Below, piece by piece: positions 58,526 through 64,000 of a DNA stretch of 64,000 bases; the first letter of the stretch is position 1, and each line of letters opens with the position of its first letter. Both the position numbers and the translations under genes were made by a program. Source of the stretch: Heteronotia binoei (taxonomy: Eukaryota); NCBI RefSeq assembly GCF_032191835.1, contig NC_083237.1:38316001-38380000 (forward strand), in the 5' to 3' direction. The notes under the pieces are model-generated. The model searched no databases. It was not told the DNA's origin and saw nothing but the letters and a program-made list of their open reading frames with translations.

Positions 58526-59077
58526 CAGTTGAGATGGAGGATACTGCTTGGTACAATTTGGAATTCTTGGAAATTCCAAAATCTTTGTCTTGAATAAGAA
58601 CAGATCAATTACTTCACAAAAAAATGTCACATATCAAGGCTGGTACTTAGTCAGAGTCCAAAACTAAATTTATGTGTGTTTGCTATACTAATGTTGCTGA
58701 ATACCAACAGGGGCACAATCCTTATCTTAGAACTGAATATCTGAGAACCTGGAAAATCTAGAATTTAAATTGATGCTGGTGATACAGCAAGTAGCCCAGG
58801 CTCCTAGAATATAATTCAGATCTGGTTATTGCAGAAAACTAACGATGCTCAACATGCATAAAAACAAGTATTGCATACTAGATTTTCTTTGTTCCTGAAG
58901 TTCATTGTTGAGAATAGAAAATACGAAATAGCTCACTTTATTATAAACACCTCATATGAATTTCTCAGATCAAGCCCTTAAATCACAAGAAGGTTGTTTA
59001 AGTGTGCATTCCACAGCAGTACATTATCATTGTGCAGTTCACAGTAAGGAATGTAATCTGAAAGCATAGTTAGGGAA

Positions 59078-60025
59078 TTAGACATGTTTTATTTTTGAAG
59101 CTATTTGACTGAGAACATATTTCAGTGCTTCTTTCATCTGTTCATTTCTCAGACTGAAGATAAAAGGGTTTAATAAGGGTGTCAGGATGCCAGAGAAAAT
59201 GGCTAATGCTTTGTTCATGCTCATGGTGTCAGTCTGGGATGGCCGGACATACACAAAAATGGAGATTCCATAGCCCATGGAGACAACTGTGAAGTGAGAG
59301 GCACAAGTGGCAAAGGCCTTCTTCCTACCCTGAGCTGAAGGAATCTTGAGAATGGTGGAAATTATGTAGACATAAGAAGTAGCAGTGAATGAAAGGGAAC
59401 CAAGTAACAGAAGTAAAGAACCAATGAAGTCAATCAATTCAATAAGTCTTATGTCCGTACAGGCAAGATGTAGCAAAGGGGCACTGTCACAGAAGTAGTG
59501 GTTGATGACATTAGGTCCACAGTAAGGCAACCTCACTTTCAGCACTGTTGACAAGAATATAGACAGGAAACCACCAATCCAAGAGCCAATCAGCATCTTG
59601 ACACAAACAGGCCCAGTCATGAGGGTAGGGTACCTAAGTGGGTAACAGATGGCCAAGTAACGGTCAAAGGACATAGCAGCAAACAGGATGAACTCAGTAG
59701 AACCCATGAAGAAATAGAAGTATGACTGAGCAAAACAACCACCAAATGAAATGGTTTTCCTCTTAGTCAAGAAATTGCCCAGCATTTTTGGCATTACAGA
59801 GGTTGTCATGAATATCTCAATGAAGGACAAATTGCTGAGGAAGAAATACATAGGGGAGTGGAGGCGAGAATCAATGACAATGAGTGCAATGATGAGAGCA
59901 TTTCCAAGCACTGTCACTATATACACAAGAAGGAAAACCAGAAAAAGGACAATCTCCACAGAAGGGTCATATACAAACCCAAGCAAAAGGATTTCAGTGA
60001 TAGAAGTCATGTTGCCAGTTTCCAT
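59078..60025 (-). CDS. Class II olfactory receptor, family 6 (OR6M-like), 315 aa, intact
   Basis: LHSPMYFFLSNLS, MSFDRYLAICYPLRY, LPYCGPNVINHYFCDSAPLL, KAFATCASH, PLLNPFIFSLRN; candidate acceptor TTCCCTGTACGTTCCAG 10 nt upstream of the ATG. Confidence 0.96.
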   Translation of the reverse strand: METGNMTSITEILLLGFVYDPSVEIVLFLVFLLVYIVTVLGNALIIALIVIDSRLHSPMYFFLSNLSFIEIFMTTSVMPKMLGNFLTKRKTISFGGCFAQSYFYFFMGSTEFILFAAMSFDRYLAICYPLRYPTLMTGPVCVKMLIGSWIGGFLSIFLSTVLKVRLPYCGPNVINHYFCDSAPLLHLACTDIRLIELIDFIGSLLLLLGSLSFTATSYVYIISTILKIPSAQGRKKAFATCASHFTVVSMGYGISIFVYVRPSQTDTMSMNKALAIFSGILTPLLNPFIFSLRNEQMKEALKYVLSQIASKIKHV

Positions 60026-60518
60026 GTTGTTGCATCTGGAACGTACAGGGAAAAAATTTAAAATTTATTAAAGGGGATGTGGGAAAGTTACTGAAACCTA
60101 CAATTTTAAATATTTTTCTTCATATTGGGGTAAATAGCTACTTCTTGGTAGTAAACTGTAACTATAACATTCAGCCAAACCAGGCAACTCAGTAAGGAAC
60201 AGTATTTGTTTCAATATACTATTATGGAGTAATGAACGCTAGTGTCTCAAAAATATAATAACAAAATCTCTTGTTAACTGTGTTGAATAAATGCATTTTT
60301 TACCTTGGGGTTTTGGTTGGATCTAGTCAGATTTTCTGTTCATGAAAAATGAAGGACAGATTGCCTTTTAGTACACAGAGTATACTGGTAAATACAGGAT
60401 AAGTGTGGCAGACAAAAATATATGGGATTGGGGTTGCAGTAAGGAGACCTATTGGGGAAGATGGAGTGAAGAAGCTGGCTGGATCCTAATTTTTTGTATT
60501 GGGAATGGCTACATATTT

Positions 60519-63500
60519 CACCCCTCTCATGGACTTCTGCCTTGACATGGTGAGAGGGCTTGTGCGATTCAGTGAGGCTGTGAGGTATGCCATGCAGGGC
60601 CACCCAAGATGGACAGGCCACAGCTGAGAATCCAGACAAAATGTGATCCACTGGAGAAGGAAATGGCAATCTGCTCTAGTATCCTTGCCAAGAAAACCCC
60701 ATGGAGAGTAACAAAAGGCTAAAAGATATGGCACTGGAGGATGAGCCCCTCAGGTTTGAAGATGCCCAATATGTTAATGGGGAAGAGTGAAAGGCAAGTC
60801 CAAGTAACCACAGAAAGAGTGAAGCAGCAGGGCCAAAGCCGAAAGGATGCTCAGCTGTGGATGCGTCTGATGGTGAAAGGATAGTCTGATGCTGCAAAGA
60901 ACAGTACTGCATTGGAACATGGAATGTAAGATCTATGAATCAAATTAAGCTGGATGTAGTCAAACAAGAGATGGTAAGACTGAACATCGACATCTTGGGA
61001 ATCAGTGAACTAAAATGGACGGGAATAGGTGAATTTAACTCAGAGGACCACTACATCTATTATTGTGGGCAAGAATCTCATAAAAGAAATGGTGTGGCCT
61101 TTATCATTAACAAGAGAGTGAGGAAGGCAGTAATGGGAGAATTACTTCACAAAAAATGTCACATATCAAGGCTAGTATTGAGTCAGAGTCCAAAACTAAA
61201 TTTATCCTAGCGTGTGTGTTTGCTATCCTAATGTTGCTGGATATCGACAGAGGCAGGATCCTTATCTTAGAATTGAATATTTGAGAACCTGGAAAATCTA
61301 GAATTTACCTTGGGGTTTTGGTTGGATCTAGTCACAGCCTCACTGAACCACGGAAATTGCCAACATTCACTGGATTATGGAGAAAGCACTGGAGTATCAT
61401 TAACAAGAGAGTGAGGAAGGCAGTAAGGGGATACAATCTCAAAAATGATGGAATGACCTCAGTCCATATCCAAGGCAAACCATTCAATATCACAGTAATC
61501 CAAGTCTATGCCCCAACCACTGATGCAGAAGAGGCTGAAGTGGACCAGTTATATGAAGATTTACAACACTTTCTAGAATTAACACCAAAAAAAAAGATGT
61601 CCTCCTCATCATAGGGAACTGGAATTCCAAAGTAGGAAGTCAAAAGGTAACCGGAATAACTGACAAGTTTGGCCTTGGAAAACAAAATGAAGCCAGGTAG
61701 TTTTGTCAAGAGAACAAACTGGTCATAGCGAACACCCTCTTCCAACAACCTAAAAGGCGACTCTACACATGGACATCACCTGATGGACAACACAGAAATC
61801 AGATTGATGTTATACTCTGCAGTCAAAGATGCAGAAGCTCCTTACAGCCAGCAAAAACAAGACCTGGAGCTGACTGTGGCTCAGATCATGAGTCACTCAT
61901 TGCAAAATTCAGGCTTAAACTGAAGAAAACTGGGGAAGCCATTAGGCCATTCAGGTTTGACCTTGATCACATCCCTTATGAATATACAGTGGAGGTGAAA
62001 AATAGCTTTAAGGAACTAGAGTTGATAGACAGAGTGTCTGAAGAACTATGGACAGAGGTTCGTGACATTGTACAGAAGGCAGCAATCAGCACCATCCCAA
62101 AGAAAAAGAAATGCAAGAAAGCAAAGTGGCTGTCTGATGAGGCTTTACAAATAGCTGAGGAAAGAAGGAAAGCGAAAGGCAAAGGTGAAAAGGAAAGATT
62201 CACCCAACTGAATTCAGATTTCCAGAGAACAGCAAGGAGAGATAAGGAGACCTTCCTGCAGGAACAATGCAAAGCAATAGAGGAAAATAATAGAATGGGA
62301 AGGACAAGAGATCTCTTCAAGGAAATTGGAGAAATCAAGGGAATGTTTCGTGCAAAGATGGCCATGATAAAGGACAAAAATGGTAAGGACCTAACAGAAG
62401 CAGAAGAGATCAGGAAGAGGTGGCAAGAATACACAGAAGAATTATATAAGAAGGATCTCAATGTTCTTGACAACCATGACAGTGAAATCACTGACCTTGA
62501 GCCAGACATCCTGGAGTGTGAAGTCAAATGGGCCTTAGAAAGCATTACTAACAACAAAGCGAGCGGAGATGACAATATCCCAGTTGAGCTATTCAAAGTC
62601 CTAAAAGATGATGCTGTTAAAGTGATGCACACATTATGTCAACAAATTTGGAAAACGCAACAGTGGCCACAGGATTAGAAAAGGTCAGTTTATATTCCAA
62701 TCCCAAAGAAGGGTAATGCCAAAGAATGTTCAAACTATTGAATCATTGCACTCATTTCACATGCCAGCAAGGTCATGTTAAAGATCCAACAAGCAAGGCT
62801 TCAACAGTATGTAGATCGGAAACTACCAGAAGTTCAAACTGGGTTTCGGAGAGGTCGAGGAACTAGAGATCAAATTGCCAACATTAGCTGGATTATGGAG
62901 AAAGCACTGGAGTATCAGAAAAATGTCTATTTCTGTTTCATTGACTATGCTAAAGCCTTTGATTGTGTGGATCACAACAAACTGTGGCAAGTCCTTAAAG
63001 AGATGGGAGTACCTGACCACCTCACATGTCTCCTGAGAAACCTGTATAAGGGTCAAGAAGCAACTGTCAGAATGGGATATGGAGCAACTGATTGGTTTAG
63101 AATAGGAAAGGGGGTTCGACAAGGATGTATATTGTCACCCTGTTTATTTAATTTATATGCAGAGTACATCATGCGGAGCACTGGCCTGGATGAAGCAGAA
63201 GTCGGAATTAAGATTGCTGGGAAAAACATCAACAACCTCAGATATGCAGATGATACCACTCTACTGGCAGAAAGTGAGGAAGACCTAAAGAACCTCTTGT
63301 TGAGGGTGAAAGGAGAGCACAAAAGTAGGGTTGAATCTCAACATCAAAAAAACTAAGATCATGGCATCCAGCCCCATCACACCTTGACAAATAAAAGAGG
63401 AAGACATGGTAGTAGTGACAGACTTCACATTTCTGGGATACAAGATCACTGCAGATGGTGACTGTAGTCATGAAATTAAAAGACGTTTGCTCCTCTGGGA

Positions 63501-63679
63501 GGACAGCTACGGCGAACCTGGGCAGTATAATAAAAAGTAGAGACATCACCCTGCCAATAAAAGTCCGTATAGTTAAAGCGATGGTATTCCCAGAAGTAAT
63601 GTATGGCTGTGAGAGTTGGACCATAAGGAAGGCTGAGGGCAGAAGAATAGATGCTTTCGAGCTGTGGTGCTGGAGAAGA
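60519..63679 (+). mobile_element. RTE-BovB LINE, near full length at the 5' end, decayed, 3' end cut by an L2 insertion
   Basis: 5' region GATCCACTGGAGAAGGAAATGGCAA; EN IGTWNVRSMN, GISELKW, QVYAPT; RT FIDYAKAFDCV, GVRQGCILSP, LRYADD; CESWTIRKAE. Confidence 0.93.
61139..61394. repeat. Templated mosaic insertion from four nearby loci inside the BovB EN, flanked by a 37-bp duplication
   Basis: Pieces match 58607-58767, 60299-60329, the reverse complement of 60568-60583, and 62872-62917; flanks 61102-61138 and 61395-61431. Confidence 0.88.
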
Positions 63680-64000
63680 AGCCCTATATGGCCTGGGACC
63701 TGCCTACCTGAAGGACCGTCTCTCCCCACATGTTCCCCAGAGAGTACTGAGGTCGGGAACACAAAATCTCCTCACTATCCCTGGGCCAAAAGAAGCCCGC
63801 TTGAAATCCACCAGAGAAAGGGCTTTCTCTGTTATGGCCCCTACATGGTGGAATCAGCTGCCAGAAGAGGTGAGGGCCCTGCGGGACCTTGTTCAGTTCC
63901 GCAGGGCCTGTAAGACGACCCTCTTCCAGCTAGCCTACACCTAGCTAAGATGAGAACTCAATGTAGCTTGGCCAGATGTCTGTTCTACATGTAATTGGAA
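63680..64000 (+). mobile_element. L2-type LINE 3' fragment
   Basis: ALYGLGPAYLKDRL...TRERAFSVMAPTWWNQLPEEVRAL...FRRACKTTLF. Confidence 0.85.

Overview
Vertebrate genomic DNA, almost certainly a squamate and probably a gecko (inferred from Sauria, 5S-Sauria and Squam3-type SINEs, BovB and palindromic hAT MITEs). It is part of a class II olfactory receptor cluster: four intact single-exon OR ORFs (OR4D-like at 16369 +; OR6-like at 21416 - and 59078 -; OR2/13-like at 31739 -) sit in a transposon-dense background. Mobile elements: the 3' end of a decayed tyrosine-recombinase retrotransposon (Ngaro type, with SGNH hydrolase); two full-length TSD-flanked L1-clade LINEs (2693-9362 +; 39482-45494 -); three different sushi/chromovirus-like Ty3/Gypsy LTR elements on the minus strand (A 24216-30065; D 45770-57318, with a very young element C, 47760-53528, nested in it); an RTE-BovB copy; RTE-X-like and L2 fragments; SINEs; MITEs; and two N gaps. 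The best signals read from the sequence are: (1) none of the three Gypsy elements has a tRNA PBS; each has its own 10-11 nt PBS complementary to its own predicted transcript 5' end, which is co-varying evidence for Tf1-type self-priming; (2) all share a PEG10-like -1 frameshift cassette (G GGA AAC, 5-nt spacer, pseudoknot); (3) the youngest family lacks the chromodomain; (4) a four-piece microhomology-joined templated mosaic lies inside BovB; (5) an antisense SINE tail supplies an OR stop codon; (6) the Ngaro hydrolase ORF has a splice acceptor instead of an ATG. No CRISPR arrays and no true rRNA or tRNA genes were seen. Coordinates were counted by hand and family names come from motif recognition, not database searches.
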